Assembly: GCA_964386665.1 (NCBI GenBank)
Contig: CAYLQP010000001.1
Span: 48,111 to 112,110 of the forward strand
DNA length: 64,000 bases
Reading direction: 5' to 3'
DNA from: an uncultured Candidatus Saccharibacteria bacterium
GTDB taxonomy: Bacteria > Patescibacteriota > Minisyncoccia > Phycocordibacterales > CAIRYW01
A program made the position numbers and the translations under genes. Below are positions 1 to 12,432 of the stretch, piece after piece. The first letter of the stretch is position 1; each line of letters begins with the position of its first letter. The notes under the pieces were generated by a model, which was given only the letters and a program-made list of their open reading frames with translations, ran no database searches and had not been told where the DNA came from.

Positions 1-41
1 TACACAATCGATCCTGAAACTAAAATGTTCTTTTTTTTCAT
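1..41 (-). CDS. 5' fragment of a probable PfkB-family (adenosine/carbohydrate) kinase running off the window start
   Basis: ATG at 41-39 reads MKKKNILVSGSIV(Y), resembling the N-terminal 'ILVSGSxxYD' strand of PfkB/adenosine kinases; near and co-oriented with ahcY. Only 13 codons are visible. Confidence 0.45.
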   Translation of the reverse strand, partial: MKKKNILVSGSIV

Positions 42-85
42 TTGTATAATAGTAACATAATTTGTATAAAAAAACCGTCGGTGGA

Positions 86-496
86 TTACCGAGCGGCAGG
101 TTTATCAAGAGGAAAGAACATCATTGAAAAACTGGTTGTTGCCCCAAATGTGGAACATATCTTGAGAAGCTCCTTCCAACTAGACCAACTAGAGTTTTCT
201 GTAGACTGCTCTTCAATGATATTTTCCCAAAAAGTGAGAGAGCAGAACGCACATAGAACAGTCAGTACTAAAGTTAGTATATTCCACTGAATATACACTA
301 GTGCGATTTTCCACCACTGGTATTCATCTATTTGCCATCCGAGAAGGAGAGGAAAAGTGGCTAAAATCAGCACACCTCCTAAGTGGTAAAAATTACAGAA
401 CCACCTGAATGTTCTGATTGTCAGATTAACTCCTATTTCGCAAAGGAAATAAAGAATTAGGATGGGCCAAGTTACTGCGAATGTGCTCGGTGTCAT
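86..496 (-). CDS. hypothetical membrane protein (3-4 hydrophobic segments)
   Basis: 136-aa hydrophobic ORF; hairpin ccgtcggt/accgagcgg plus T-run at about 66-95 could be its terminator. Confidence 0.6.
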   Translation of the reverse strand: MTPSTFAVTWPILILYFLCEIGVNLTIRTFRWFCNFYHLGGVLILATFPLLLGWQIDEYQWWKIALVYIQWNILTLVLTVLCAFCSLTFWENIIEEQSTENSSWSSWKELLKICSTFGATTSFSMMFFPLDKPAAR

Positions 497-547
497 TTGG
501 TTTCGGTTGGATTATTGTCCGTAGAGGATAATAGCATATTTTACAAA

Positions 548-580
548 AAAACATATTCTCTCGGTGAGAATATGTCTTTT
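548..580 (-). terminator. intrinsic terminator after ahcY
   Basis: acatattctc-tcggt-gagaatatgt inverted repeat flanked by A and T runs. Confidence 0.6.
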
Positions 581-623
581 ACTTTAATTACTGATTCTTG
601 AGGTTTAGGCTAACATCTAACAG

Positions 624-1892
<1,269 letters not shown>

Positions 1893-1938
1893 TTATTAGA
1901 GTAATGCTTTGAATCCTAACATATTTATCGATTAACCT

Positions 1939-2760
1939 CTACTTGAGATAGAGATTAATCTTACGTTTATGTTCTTCGTAGGTTTGTGAGCAGTAGATTT
2001 TTTTGTCTTTGTGGAAGTAGAAGAGACATTTGGTTTTAAGTGGGGTAAGCGCCGCTTCGATTGAAGCAAGACCTGGGTTAGCAATCGGGCTTGGTGGCAG
2101 TCCTACGTTTGTGTATGTGTTGTAAGGGGATTCGATTTGTTTATCGCTTGGAGTAACGTGCGGCCACCATTTGTTTTCTTCTGTTCCTTTTGCGTATTGT
2201 AGTGTTGCGTCCATTTGAAGCTTCATACCAAGATACAGTCGGTTCCAGATAACACCAGAAATGAGTCTCATATCGCTTTTGCCTCCTGTTTCTCTTTGGA
2301 TGATTGATGCAATAGTAAGTATTGATTCAAAATTCACATTTTTTTTGAGAGCTTCAGTCTTTAGATCTTCGAGTGTTGTATCAAATTTTTCTGCCATTTG
2401 GTTGCGCATGTCTGTTCCTGTGATTGTCTTGGACACAAGATAGACATCAGGGAAGTATTTACCTTCGTGTTTTCGATCTCGTAAGTAGTCGTATGCAAAG
2501 AAGTCTGATTTTTCTTTTTCATCCCACCCAAATCTTTTTTCAAAAATTGAGGCAATTTGTTCTTTACGATACCCTTCAGGAATCTTGACGTATGCAACTG
2601 TTGGGTTGGCAAGTGCTTCGTAGAATTCAAGATGTCGGAGATTATCGAATGCATCAAGAACGGTTGCTCCGATAGATTTGTTTTCTGCGTTTGAAATATA
2701 GAAACTATGAAAGACAATAACAGAGAAAATAATTAGCAAAAAAGTAAATATGCGTTTCAT
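1939..2760 (-). CDS. mltG: endolytic transglycosylase MltG (YceG-like)
   Basis: N-terminal TM segment; IPEG, EGKYFPDVY, ASIIQRE, LQMDATLQY, SPYNTY..GLPPSPIANPG motifs. Confidence 0.92.
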   Translation of the reverse strand: MKRIFTFLLIIFSVIVFHSFYISNAENKSIGATVLDAFDNLRHLEFYEALANPTVAYVKIPEGYRKEQIASIFEKRFGWDEKEKSDFFAYDYLRDRKHEGKYFPDVYLVSKTITGTDMRNQMAEKFDTTLEDLKTEALKKNVNFESILTIASIIQRETGGKSDMRLISGVIWNRLYLGMKLQMDATLQYAKGTEENKWWPHVTPSDKQIESPYNTYTNVGLPPSPIANPGLASIEAALTPLKTKCLFYFHKDKKIYCSQTYEEHKRKINLYLK

Positions 2761-2890
2761 CTTTCTATTCTAACAAGTATTTCAAAAAAATACATACCTA
2801 TGATATATTGATGAGAAATTAGGGGTGAGGCTTTAGGGATGAACAAAAAAAGCTAATGCCTAATTAACTTATAATCAATAAATAATATAT

Positions 2891-3124
2891 ATGGGATTTG
2901 GAAATTTTGTAATGAAAAAAGTGCTTGCTTCGAAACTTAAAGATGTTCCTAAAGAACAACAAGAGATGATTTTTGCGATGATCGAAAAGAACCCGGAGTT
3001 GTTCCAAAAAATTGCACTTGAAGCACAAGAAAAAATAAAAGGAGGTATGGATCAAATGGCTGCAATGCAACAAGTGATGATGAAGTATCAAAACGAGCTT
3101 AAGGAAGCAATGGGGAAGAAGTAA
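2891..3124 (+). CDS. small helical hypothetical protein
   Basis: 77-aa M/Q/K/E-rich ORF with host-like codon usage and an AT-rich upstream region. Confidence 0.75.
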   Translation: MGFGNFVMKKVLASKLKDVPKEQQEMIFAMIEKNPELFQKIALEAQEKIKGGMDQMAAMQQVMMKYQNELKEAMGKK

Positions 3125-3198
3125 TAAGAAAATATTTTTTATAAAAATACCCCTATCGTGAATAGAACACAGGGGCTTTTGGTTTCTAGGTGGTGGGT

Positions 3199-3414
3199 TT
3201 AGGATTCATCATCATCATCGTCACTTATCCCTCCCCATGCCATAAAGAGGGCGAACAGAACCACACTTCCAATCAAAGAAAATGCGCAGATGTGGGGAGA
3301 GTAGCTAGTAACTACTACTTCCTTCACGTGCTCTTGGTAGACTCTGACCCAACCAAGGATCACAAGAACACCAAGGATGATGATGGCTAGAAGAAGTTTC
3401 CAGAATGGTTTCAT
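3199..3414 (-). CDS. small two-TM hypothetical protein with acidic tail
   Basis: MKPFWKLLLAII..., two hydrophobic segments, DDDDES C-terminus; hairpin cccc..gggg at 3150-3176 downstream. Confidence 0.55.
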   Translation of the reverse strand: MKPFWKLLLAIIILGVLVILGWVRVYQEHVKEVVVTSYSPHICAFSLIGSVVLFALFMAWGGISDDDDDES

Positions 3415-3472
3415 TTTTTTTGGCTTTGTGAAAAAGGGACTTTTTATAACTGACAATAAACATATAAGAATA

Positions 3473-3501
3473 TTTACATACTGTCAAGATTGTGCTATAC
3501 T
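3473..3501 (+). promoter_or_regulatory. sigma70-type promoter upstream of the rpoB leader
   Basis: TTTACA-N17-TATACT with extended -10 TG. Confidence 0.6.
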
Positions 3502-3506
3502 CGAAA

Positions 3507-3690
3507 GACGTGTAGAATCACGCGTACATAGGCCTTGATTGAGTTTCGGATGCAAGCTGAAAAAAGAGATCCTTCTTGTCTGTCGGAAGCAAGAAGATTA
3601 ATAACAAGCTTTATAAGAATCTTGCACATCTTACCCTAAAGCAAAAATATACGTCCCCTCATTTTATGTGGGCGCTTTTTTGTTTTTATG
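3507..3690 (+). ncRNA. candidate structured RNA or 5' leader upstream of rpoB
   Basis: Nested pairings gacgtgta(3507-14)/tatacgtc(3648-55), gatgcaag(3549-56)/cttgcacatc(3621-30), cttcttg/caagaag, followed by a T-run. Confidence 0.4.
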
Positions 3691-3717
3691 ATGTTTGAGA
3701 GTTAATTTTAATACGTT

Positions 3718-6700
3718 ATGTCGAAAGTGAAACACCACACCCTCGCACATTCTTCAACACTTGGAGAATCTGCAAACACAAAGAATAAGAAGTATTTTGC
3801 GAAGTACAAAGAGCCTCTTGCACCACTTCCAAACTTAATTGAAGGTCAGTTGAATTCTTTTAAATGGCTTGTAAAAGCAGGTTTAAAAGAAGTGTTTGAT
3901 GAATATACTAAGATTGCGGACTATTCAGGAAAGAAATTTGAATTTTCTTTTGGGTCTTTTGAGCTTGGAACCCCTAAGTACGACGCTCGCTTTGCAATGG
4001 AAAACAAAATCAACTTTGAGGCTCCTCTTAAGGTGATGGTGAAGTTAAAGAACAAGATTCTTTCGACTGAAAAAGAACAAGAAGTGTTTCTTGCTGATTT
4101 CCCAGTTATGACTGAGAACGGAACATTTATCATCAATGGTATTGAGCGAGTAATTGTTCCACAGCTTGCGCGATCATTTGGAGTTTTCTTTACTTCAAGT
4201 GAATCAAAAGGAATAAACTTGTTTGGAGCAAAGGTGATTCCGGCACGAGGGGCATGGGTAGAGATTGAAACTGATTCCGATGGAGCGCTTTATGTTCGAA
4301 TCGATCGAAAGCGAAAATTCCCAGTTTCTCTTCTTCTTCGAGCGTTTGGGGCAAAAGATAACGAAGCGATGCTTAGTGCATTTAATGGAGAACCGCAAGC
4401 AAAGAAGTATATGGAAGCAACTCTTGCTAAAGATTCATTCAAAACAGCAGAAGAATCATTTATGGAAATCCATAAACGACTTCGAGATGGGGATCTTGCA
4501 AATGCAGACAATGCAAAAGAATTCGTAACAGGACTCTTTGATGGAGAGCGATACGACCTTTCTCCTGTTGGGCGACACCGATTCAATAAACGATTTAACA
4601 AAAGCATGGATCCAAAGGAGCTTGCACGTAAAACGCTTTCTTTGGACGATCTTAATACTATTATTATTCACTTGGCGCACCTTAACTCTGATGTTGATGC
4701 GATTCCAGATGATATTGACCACCTTGGAAGTAGACGAGTTCGATATGTTGGAGAACTTATCCAGCAAAAACTTCGTGTTGGTATGACACAAATCAAACGA
4801 AACATTCAAAACCGAATGTCGACTATTGATACTGATGCAACTCTTCCTGTGCAGTTTATTTCTCCACGACCGATGCAAGCTCGAATCAAAGAGTTCTTCA
4901 CAACCAACCAGCTTTCTCAGTTTATGCAACAAGAAAACGTGTTGACTGAGCTCGAGCATCTTCGAACAGTTTCAGCTCTTGGTCCTGGAGGACTTACTCG
5001 AGAACGAGCGGGACTTGAAGTGCGAGATGTGCACGCTTCTCACTACGGAAGAATTTGTCCAATCCATACTCCAGAAGGTCCAAACATTGGACTTGTGCTT
5101 CACCTTGCTTCATATGCAAAGATAAACGACTTTGGAATGATTGAAGCTCCATTTGCGAAAGTAAAGAATGGAAAAATCACAAAAGAGGTTGAATATATGA
5201 ACGCACTCGAAGAAGAAAACTATATTATCGCCCACGCGGGAACAAATTATGATAAATCTGGAAACATCGTTGGTGAAGTAGTAGAGGTTCGAGTGAAGGG
5301 TCGTCCGATGATGGTTGCCCGAGACCAAGTACAATATATCGACGTTGCAACTAACGAAGCATTCTCTATTGCAACTTCAATGATTCCATTCCTTAACCAC
5401 GATGAGGCAAACCGAGCATTGATGGCAAGTAATATGCAGAAACAAGCAACTCCTTGTGTGATTGCTGAGGCACCTCTTGTTGCAACTGGTGTTGAACGAC
5501 AAGCGGCAAACGATATTTGTCGAGTGATTCAAGCTACTGAAGATGGTGTGGTGACATATGTTGACGGAAAGAAAATCAAAGTTAAATACGGAAAAACAGA
5601 AACAGAATATTTGCTTTCTCAATTCTCTCGAACAAACCAATTTACTGCGTTCCATCAACGTCCACAAGTTCGTGTTGGAGATGAGGTGAAGGCGGGAACT
5701 GTACTTGCAGATGCATCAACAACTGTGAATGGTGAAATGGCGCTTGGGCAAAACTGTCTTGTTGCCTTTATGACATGGCAAGGTCAAAACTATGAAGATG
5801 CGATTGTGCTTTCTCAAAGACTTGTAAAAGATAGTAAATTTACTTCTATTCATATTGAAGAGTTTGTTGTAAACGTACGTGACACAAAACTAGGGCCTGA
5901 AATTACTACTCACGATATTCCAAACGTAGGAGAAAACAAACTCAAAAACCTTGATGAAGACGGAATCATCCGAATTGGTGCTGAAGTGCGTCCTGGAGAT
6001 ATCCTTGTTGGAAAAATTACTCCAAAAGGTGAAACTCAACTTACTCCAGAAGAAAGACTACTTCGATCTATCTTTGGTGAAAAATCTCGAGATGTAAAAG
6101 ATTCTTCAAAGAGAATGGAAAACGGAAAACGTGGACGAATTATTTCTGTAAAAGTATTTTCACGAGAAAAAGGAGATAAGCTCGAAAGTGGAATTATCAA
6201 GCGAATTCACATTGAAGTAGCGCAACTTCGAAACGTATCAGTGGGAGACAAACTTGCTGGACGACACGGAAACAAAGGAGTTATCTCTGTTGTACTTCCT
6301 GAAGAAGATATGCCATATATGCCAGATGGAACTCCAGTTGATGTAGTACTTACTCCGCTTGGTGTACCTTCACGTATGAACCTCGGACAGATTCTTGAAC
6401 TTCACCTCGGACTTGCAGCTCATTCACTTGATTATCAAGCGATTGTACCACCGTTTGCTGGAGCAACAGATGTTGAAATCAAGGATGAACTTAAGAAGGC
6501 TGGATTTAATGAAAACGGAAAGATGACGCTCTTTGATGGACGAACCGGAGAAGCGTTCGAGCAAGATATTTCTGTTGGATATATGTATATCTTGAAGCTT
6601 CATCACATGGTGGAAGACAAGATTCATATGCGATCAATTGGACCTTACTCTCTTATTACTCAACAACCACTTGGAGGAAAAGCTCAAGGTGGAGGACAGC

Positions 6701-6966
6701 GATTTGGAGAAATGGAAGTGTGGGCCCTGTTGGGACACGGTGTGGCATATATGCTTCGAGAAATGCTTACAGTAAAATCTGATGATATTGCGGGACGATC
6801 AGCAACGTTTGATTCTATTGTACGAGGAGAGCGAATCAAGGCACCAAACTCACCTGCATCATTTAATGTATTGCTTGCAAACATTAGAGGATTGGGACTT
6901 GATATTAGTTTAGATCGGTCGAATTCTATTAACGGAGAACAAGATGACGCACCTACAACTGTGTAG
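3718..6966 (+). CDS. rpoB: RNA polymerase beta subunit
   Basis: FIINGIERV, DDIDHLG, GDKLAGRHGNKG, GGQRFGEME motifs. Confidence 0.99.
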   Translation: MSKVKHHTLAHSSTLGESANTKNKKYFAKYKEPLAPLPNLIEGQLNSFKWLVKAGLKEVFDEYTKIADYSGKKFEFSFGSFELGTPKYDARFAMENKINFEAPLKVMVKLKNKILSTEKEQEVFLADFPVMTENGTFIINGIERVIVPQLARSFGVFFTSSESKGINLFGAKVIPARGAWVEIETDSDGALYVRIDRKRKFPVSLLLRAFGAKDNEAMLSAFNGEPQAKKYMEATLAKDSFKTAEESFMEIHKRLRDGDLANADNAKEFVTGLFDGERYDLSPVGRHRFNKRFNKSMDPKELARKTLSLDDLNTIIIHLAHLNSDVDAIPDDIDHLGSRRVRYVGELIQQKLRVGMTQIKRNIQNRMSTIDTDATLPVQFISPRPMQARIKEFFTTNQLSQFMQQENVLTELEHLRTVSALGPGGLTRERAGLEVRDVHASHYGRICPIHTPEGPNIGLVLHLASYAKINDFGMIEAPFAKVKNGKITKEVEYMNALEEENYIIAHAGTNYDKSGNIVGEVVEVRVKGRPMMVARDQVQYIDVATNEAFSIATSMIPFLNHDEANRALMASNMQKQATPCVIAEAPLVATGVERQAANDICRVIQATEDGVVTYVDGKKIKVKYGKTETEYLLSQFSRTNQFTAFHQRPQVRVGDEVKAGTVLADASTTVNGEMALGQNCLVAFMTWQGQNYEDAIVLSQRLVKDSKFTSIHIEEFVVNVRDTKLGPEITTHDIPNVGENKLKNLDEDGIIRIGAEVRPGDILVGKITPKGETQLTPEERLLRSIFGEKSRDVKDSSKRMENGKRGRIISVKVFSREKGDKLESGIIKRIHIEVAQLRNVSVGDKLAGRHGNKGVISVVLPEEDMPYMPDGTPVDVVLTPLGVPSRMNLGQILELHLGLAAHSLDYQAIVPPFAGATDVEIKDELKKAGFNENGKMTLFDGRTGEAFEQDISVGYMYILKLHHMVEDKIHMRSIGPYSLITQQPLGGKAQGGGQRFGEMEVWALLGHGVAYMLREMLTVKSDDIAGRSATFDSIVRGERIKAPNSPASFNVLLANIRGLGLDISLDRSNSINGEQDDAPTTV

Positions 6967-7005
6967 TTTGTATCATCTATCTTTACATCTTTAATTTAAA
7001 ACACT

Positions 7006-10000
7006 ATGTATAAAAAAAGAGAAAGAAATCAATTTGATGAAATTTCAATCAAAGTTGCATCCCCTGATAGAATTCGAGAATGGTCATTTGGAGAAGTAAC
7101 AAAACCTGAGACGATGAACTATCGAACTCAGCGAAGTGAAAAGAACGGTCTGTTCGATGAAAAAATCTTTGGACCTGACAAAGACTTCGAATGTTACTGT
7201 GGAAAGTATAAAGGAATCCGATACAAAGGAATTATTTGTGAAAAATGTGGTGTTGAAATCACACGATCAGTTGTACGACGAGAAAGAATGGGGCATATTG
7301 AACTTGCAACTCCTGTTGCACATATATGGTTTCTTAGATCTATGCCTTCTCGAATCAGCCTTCTTCTTGGACTTCAATCAAGTGAAGTAGAAAAAGTAGT
7401 GTACTTTGCTGGGTATTTGATCACAAAGGTAAACGAAGGAGAACGAGAACGAGTGCTCAATGACTTGGATTCAGAATTTAAAGCAAAGATTAAAACAGTT
7501 ACTGATGACAAGACTAAAGATGCGATTCGAGATCTTCTTGTTACTACAAAAAATGAAATCGAAAGTATCAAAGCTGGAAAAGTACTTGATGAAGTAAAGT
7601 ATCACAAATTCTCAATTAAATACGGAACAATCTTTGAGGCGTCAATTGGAGCTGAGGCGATTTACAATATCTTCAAGACAATTGATCTCAAGAAGTTAAC
7701 AGAAACTCTTGAGGCAGACCTTGAAAAGGCAAGTTCACTTGATAAAGAAAAAATTAACAAACGACTTGGAATTGTAAAATCAATGCTTGAGTCTGGTATT
7801 CGACCTGAATGGATGTTTTTGACTGCGATTCCTGTGATTCCTGCAGCACTTCGTCCTATGGTTGCTCTTGATGGAGGACGTCACGCTACTTCAGATGTAA
7901 ACGATCTTTACCGACGAGTGATCAATCGAAACAACCGATTGAAGAAACTCAAAGAAATATTTGCACCAGATGTAATCCTTCGAAACGAAAAACGAATCTT
8001 GCAAGAAGCAGTTGATGCGCTTGTTGATAACTCTATTCGACACGGAAACGCTTCATTTGCAGGAGTAAATCAAGCACAACGACGACCGCTTAAATCGCTT
8101 GCTGATAACCTCAAAGGAAAACGAGGATTGTTTAGACAAAACCTTCTTGGAAAACGAGTAGACTACTCTGGACGATCGGTGATTGTAGTAGGTCCTGAAC
8201 TTGATCTTGCTGAATGTGGACTTCCAAAACATATGGCTCTTGAATTATTCAGACCGTTTGTAATTTCTCAAATTCTTGCAAAAGAGCTCGCGTATAACAT
8301 TCGAGGAGCATCAAAACTTATTGATGAAGGAATTCCTGAGGTATGGGCAATTCTTGAAAAAGTAATTCAAGGAAAATACGTTCTTCTTAACCGAGCACCA
8401 ACACTTCACCGACTAGGTATTCAAGCTTTCAAACCTATCCTTATTGAAGGAAATGCGATTCGAGTTCACCCACTTGTGTGTGCGGCGTTTAACGCGGACT
8501 TCGACGGAGACCAAATGGCGGTTCACGTACCTCTTTCTGAAGAAGCACAAACAGAAGCACGGGAGATTATGGCATCTGATAAAAACATCTTGAAACCAGG
8601 AAGTGGAAACCTTATTGCTTCAGTTGATCGACTCGATATGGTACTTGGATGTTTCTGGATGACATCAGTGATTGCAGGAGAAAAAGGAGAAGGAAAAATA
8701 TTTGGCTCTACTTCAGATGCGGTGCTTGCTCATTCATTTGGTGAACTTTCTTTCCGAGCAAAGATTACAGTTCTCCCTGGAGCGGAAGAGAAGTTTAAGG
8801 AATTTGAAGGAAAAGCGTTTGAAACTTCGCTTGGACGACTTCTCTTTAATGAACTCTTGCCAGAAGATTACACATTTATCAACAAAGAGGTGGATAAAAA
8901 AGTAATGGCAGGAATTATGTCTGAACTTACTTCTAAATACGGAATCGAAAAACTTCCAATCACTCTTGACCGAATCAAGAACTTTGGTTTCAAATACGCA
9001 ACAGTATCTGGAGTAACATGGGGAATTGATGATATTCAAGTGCCACAAGAAAAATACACAATCATTGACGGTGCAAAGAAAAAATCAGAAGAAGTAGTAA
9101 GTCAATATAACGATGGACTTCTTTCAGAAGATGAACGCAACCGAAAAAATATTGAAATCTGGCACGCAGTGAAAGCGCAAGTAGAAAAAACAGTTCTTGA
9201 AAGTCTTGATAAGCAAGGATCGGTGTATACAATGTGGAAATCTGGAGCTCGAGGATCTGCATCTCAAATTACGCAAATGGCAGGTATGAAAGGACTTATT
9301 CAAAACGCGACTGGAGAAACACTTGAACTTCCAATCCTTTCATCAACAAAAGAAGGATTTAACCCAATTGAATACTTCGTAAACACTCACGGTTCTCGAA
9401 AAGGTCTTACGGACACTGCCCTTAACACCGCAAAAGCTGGATACCTTACTCGACGACTCTTCGTATCTGCACAAGATGTGATTATCACAGAAATGGATTG
9501 TGGAACTAAAGAAGGTATTATGCTCCGAAAGGAAACTGCTTCTGGAATCGAAACTCCAATTTCAAAGATTGTGAAAGGGCGAGTATTGGCAACTGACGTA
9601 ACAACAAAAGATGGTTCTGTATTATTCAAGAAAAACCATATGCTTACAAACGAAGATGCACTTGCACTTGAAAAAGCTGGTGTAGAAGAAGCATTTGTTC
9701 GAAGTCCTTTGACTTGTAAAACACTTCGAGGAATGTGTGCACATTGTTACGGATTAGATCTTGGAAAAAACAAACTAATTGACTTGGGAGAAGCAGTGGG
9801 AACAGTTGCTGCTCAAGCGATTGGAGAACCTGGAACGCAGCTTACAATGAACACAAAGCACGCCGGAGGAGCATCGTCAGCTGGAGGAGACGTTACACAA
9901 GGACTTCCTCGAGTAGAAGAAGTATTTGAAAAACGAGCACCAAAAAATCCTGCTGCAGTTGCAACATATGATGGAGTTGTTACAGAAATTAAAGAAGAAG

Positions 10001-10680
10001 GAAAATACAAACTTATTGCGATTGCTCCAGATTCAGGAGAAAAATCAAAATCAAAAGCCAAGAAAGATGCGTACGTATATGAAGTGTATCGAGGACGTGT
10101 ACCTTTGGTGAAGGTGGGAGAATCAGTTACAAAAGGACAAGTTCTTACTGATGGATCAGTAAATATTGATGACCTATTCAAATATGCTGGTAAAGAGGTG
10201 ACTGGAGAATATATTATTTCTGAAATTAAGAAACTGTATGAACTTCAAGGAGAGCCGGTAAACCGAAAACACATTGAACTTATTGTTAAGCAAATGTTCT
10301 CTCGGGTGAAAATTAAGTCAGCAGGAGGAACTGTGTTTGCAGTAGGAGATGTGGTGGAATGGCAAGAATTCTTCGACCAAAACGAAAAAGCAAAGAAAGA
10401 AGGTCTTGAAGAATCGAAGTCAGAATCAATCGCACTTGGAATCACTGAAGTATCACTTTCACGAAAGAGTTTCCTTTCTGCGGCATCATTCCAACACACA
10501 ACTCGAGTACTTATTTCTTCAGCAGTGGAAGGATCAAAAGATACACTTACAGGACTTATGGAAAACGTTATCCTTGGACGACTTATTCCAGCAGGAAGTG
10601 GATTTAAAGGAAGTCAAAAAGCAGAAATCATCTCAAAGCTTCAAGAAACATTTGAAGATAACACAGAATCAAATTATTAA
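7006..10680 (+). CDS. rpoC: RNA polymerase beta' subunit
   Basis: Catalytic NADFDGD, zinc-finger [23 protein letters not shown]. Confidence 0.99.
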   Translation: MYKKRERNQFDEISIKVASPDRIREWSFGEVTKPETMNYRTQRSEKNGLFDEKIFGPDKDFECYCGKYKGIRYKGIICEKCGVEITRSVVRRERMGHIELATPVAHIWFLRSMPSRISLLLGLQSSEVEKVVYFAGYLITKVNEGERERVLNDLDSEFKAKIKTVTDDKTKDAIRDLLVTTKNEIESIKAGKVLDEVKYHKFSIKYGTIFEASIGAEAIYNIFKTIDLKKLTETLEADLEKASSLDKEKINKRLGIVKSMLESGIRPEWMFLTAIPVIPAALRPMVALDGGRHATSDVNDLYRRVINRNNRLKKLKEIFAPDVILRNEKRILQEAVDALVDNSIRHGNASFAGVNQAQRRPLKSLADNLKGKRGLFRQNLLGKRVDYSGRSVIVVGPELDLAECGLPKHMALELFRPFVISQILAKELAYNIRGASKLIDEGIPEVWAILEKVIQGKYVLLNRAPTLHRLGIQAFKPILIEGNAIRVHPLVCAAFNADFDGDQMAVHVPLSEEAQTEAREIMASDKNILKPGSGNLIASVDRLDMVLGCFWMTSVIAGEKGEGKIFGSTSDAVLAHSFGELSFRAKITVLPGAEEKFKEFEGKAFETSLGRLLFNELLPEDYTFINKEVDKKVMAGIMSELTSKYGIEKLPITLDRIKNFGFKYATVSGVTWGIDDIQVPQEKYTIIDGAKKKSEEVVSQYNDGLLSEDERNRKNIEIWHAVKAQVEKTVLESLDKQGSVYTMWKSGARGSASQITQMAGMKGLIQNATGETLELPILSSTKEGFNPIEYFVNTHGSRKGLTDTALNTAKAGYLTRRLFVSAQDVIITEMDCGTKEGIMLRKETASGIETPISKIVKGRVLATDVTTKDGSVLFKKNHMLTNEDALALEKAGVEEAFVRSPLTCKTLRGMCAHCYGLDLGKNKLIDLGEAVGTVAAQAIGEPGTQLTMNTKHAGGASSAGGDVTQGLPRVEEVFEKRAPKNPAAVATYDGVVTEIKEEGKYKLIAIAPDSGEKSKSKAKKDAYVYEVYRGRVPLVKVGESVTKGQVLTDGSVNIDDLFKYAGKEVTGEYIISEIKKLYELQGEPVNRKHIELIVKQMFSRVKIKSAGGTVFAVGDVVEWQEFFDQNEKAKKEGLEESKSESIALGITEVSLSRKSFLSAASFQHTTRVLISSAVEGSKDTLTGLMENVILGRLIPAGSGFKGSQKAEIISKLQETFEDNTESNY

Positions 10681-10729
10681 TAACTATGGGAACAAGGAGA
10701 AGTATGTCACTTCTCCTTTACCATAATCT

Positions 10730-12421
10730 ATGTCATCTACAACAGAGAAAATAAAAGATCGGTTATCGATTGTCGACGTTCTCTCAAGTTACATTACGAT
10801 AGAAAAAGCTGGGGGAAGTCTCAAAGCACGGTGTCCTTTTCACAACGAAAAGACCCCTTCCTTTTTCATCTCGCCTGAGCGTAATACATACTATTGTTTT
10901 GGATGTGGAGTAAAAGGAGATATCTTTTCTTTTGTGCAAGAATTCGAACATTTGGATTTCTTGGGTGCATTGAAACTACTTGCAGAGCGTGCAGGAGTAG
11001 AAATAGAATCCTTCAAAGGAGGAGAGTTAGATACAAAAAAAAGAGTATTTGATTGTCTTGAAGAGGCAACAGTATTTTTTCAACAAAAACTTAAGGGTCA
11101 AACCGAAGCGCTCTTGTATCTAAAAAAACGAAGTCTTTCTATTGAAACTGTTCGCGATTGGCGTATAGGATTTGCTCCTGATGACTGGTATATACTTGGA
11201 GATCACTTAAAACAAAAAGGATTTACAGAAAAAGAAATCGAAAATGCCGGACTTATCAAACAAGGTGAAAAGGGGAGACCATACGCACGGTTTCGTGGAC
11301 GAATAATGTTTCCTATCTTTGATGGTTCGGGACGGGTGGTTGCATTTTCAGGAAGAATCTTGTCAAAGACGAGCGAAGAAGCAAAATATATTAACTCACC
11401 AGAAACACCTGTATTTGAAAAATCAAAAGTGTTGTTTGGATACCATAAGGCAAAAAAAGGAATACGTGAAAAAGGATTTGCTCTCTTGGTAGAAGGACAA
11501 ATGGATTTACTCTTAAGTCACGAAAAAGGGTTCGACAACACACTTGCTTCTTCAGGAACTGCGTTTACTTTCGAACAAGCTGAGATTATTAAGCGGCTCA
11601 CTGACGTGCTTTATATTGCGTACGATGCAGATAAAGCGGGACAAAATGCTGCCTTCCGGGCGTGGATCTTGGCACTTAAAGCAGGTCTTGAAGTGAAAGC
11701 AGTGTACTTGCCCGATGGACTTGATCCAGCTGATGCAATTGCCCGTGACCCACAGATTTGGGTTGATGCTGTCTCAAACGCAAAACATATTATTGAGTAT
11801 TATATCGAACTGCTTGATGGAGATGATAAAAAAAGAAATAACGAAATCTTGCGTGAAAAAATCTTCCCGCTTGTAAAGTCTCTTGCTAGTTCAATAGATG
11901 AAGCAAGATGGCTTCAGGTAGTTTCTGGGAAAACAGGTCTCCCTGAAAGTGCTCTTCGTCAGGAGTTAGCAAAGATAAAAGAAATGTCTTTCGATGGAGA
12001 GGAGCATATAGCCCATACACCACAAAAAACAACTATCGATATTCCTGCAAAAAAAGCATTGATGCTCTTGTGGATTTTGAAGGAAAAGCAAAGTGAAGCG
12101 TATGAAAGCTTCAAAGAAAAACTCAGTGATCTTTTACCTCATTTAGAGACGCTTGAGGCAGAGTTACAAAAAGAAAAAGAAGCACTTTTGTTTGAAGCTC
12201 AGATGCATTACGCAAATTCTCCCAATATGAATCAGTTACTCAAGGAGACTTTGTATCTACTTGAGGAAGATGGCTTAAAGCAAAAGTTTGCAGAATCAAT
12301 GGAAAAACTAAAGAGAGCCGAAAATGTTCAGGATACAGAATCTATCGAAAGAGAAACAAAACGATGTCACGATCTATCACTTCTTTTATCAACATTACGC
12401 CAAAAATATTTTAATAACTAA
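10730..12421 (+). CDS. dnaG: DNA primase
   Basis: CHC2 finger CPFHNEKTPSF..CFGC, KYINSPET, Toprim VEGQMD..YDADKAG. Confidence 0.97.
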   Translation: MSSTTEKIKDRLSIVDVLSSYITIEKAGGSLKARCPFHNEKTPSFFISPERNTYYCFGCGVKGDIFSFVQEFEHLDFLGALKLLAERAGVEIESFKGGELDTKKRVFDCLEEATVFFQQKLKGQTEALLYLKKRSLSIETVRDWRIGFAPDDWYILGDHLKQKGFTEKEIENAGLIKQGEKGRPYARFRGRIMFPIFDGSGRVVAFSGRILSKTSEEAKYINSPETPVFEKSKVLFGYHKAKKGIREKGFALLVEGQMDLLLSHEKGFDNTLASSGTAFTFEQAEIIKRLTDVLYIAYDADKAGQNAAFRAWILALKAGLEVKAVYLPDGLDPADAIARDPQIWVDAVSNAKHIIEYYIELLDGDDKKRNNEILREKIFPLVKSLASSIDEARWLQVVSGKTGLPESALRQELAKIKEMSFDGEEHIAHTPQKTTIDIPAKKALMLLWILKEKQSEAYESFKEKLSDLLPHLETLEAELQKEKEALLFEAQMHYANSPNMNQLLKETLYLLEEDGLKQKFAESMEKLKRAENVQDTESIERETKRCHDLSLLLSTLRQKYFNN

Positions 12422-12432
12422 TTTGAAACACC

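Noticed and set aside
3921-10499. Many short antisense and alternate-frame ORFs inside rpoB and rpoC (and likewise in other genes)
   Set aside because: Shadow ORFs produced by codon bias, with no motifs or expression signals.
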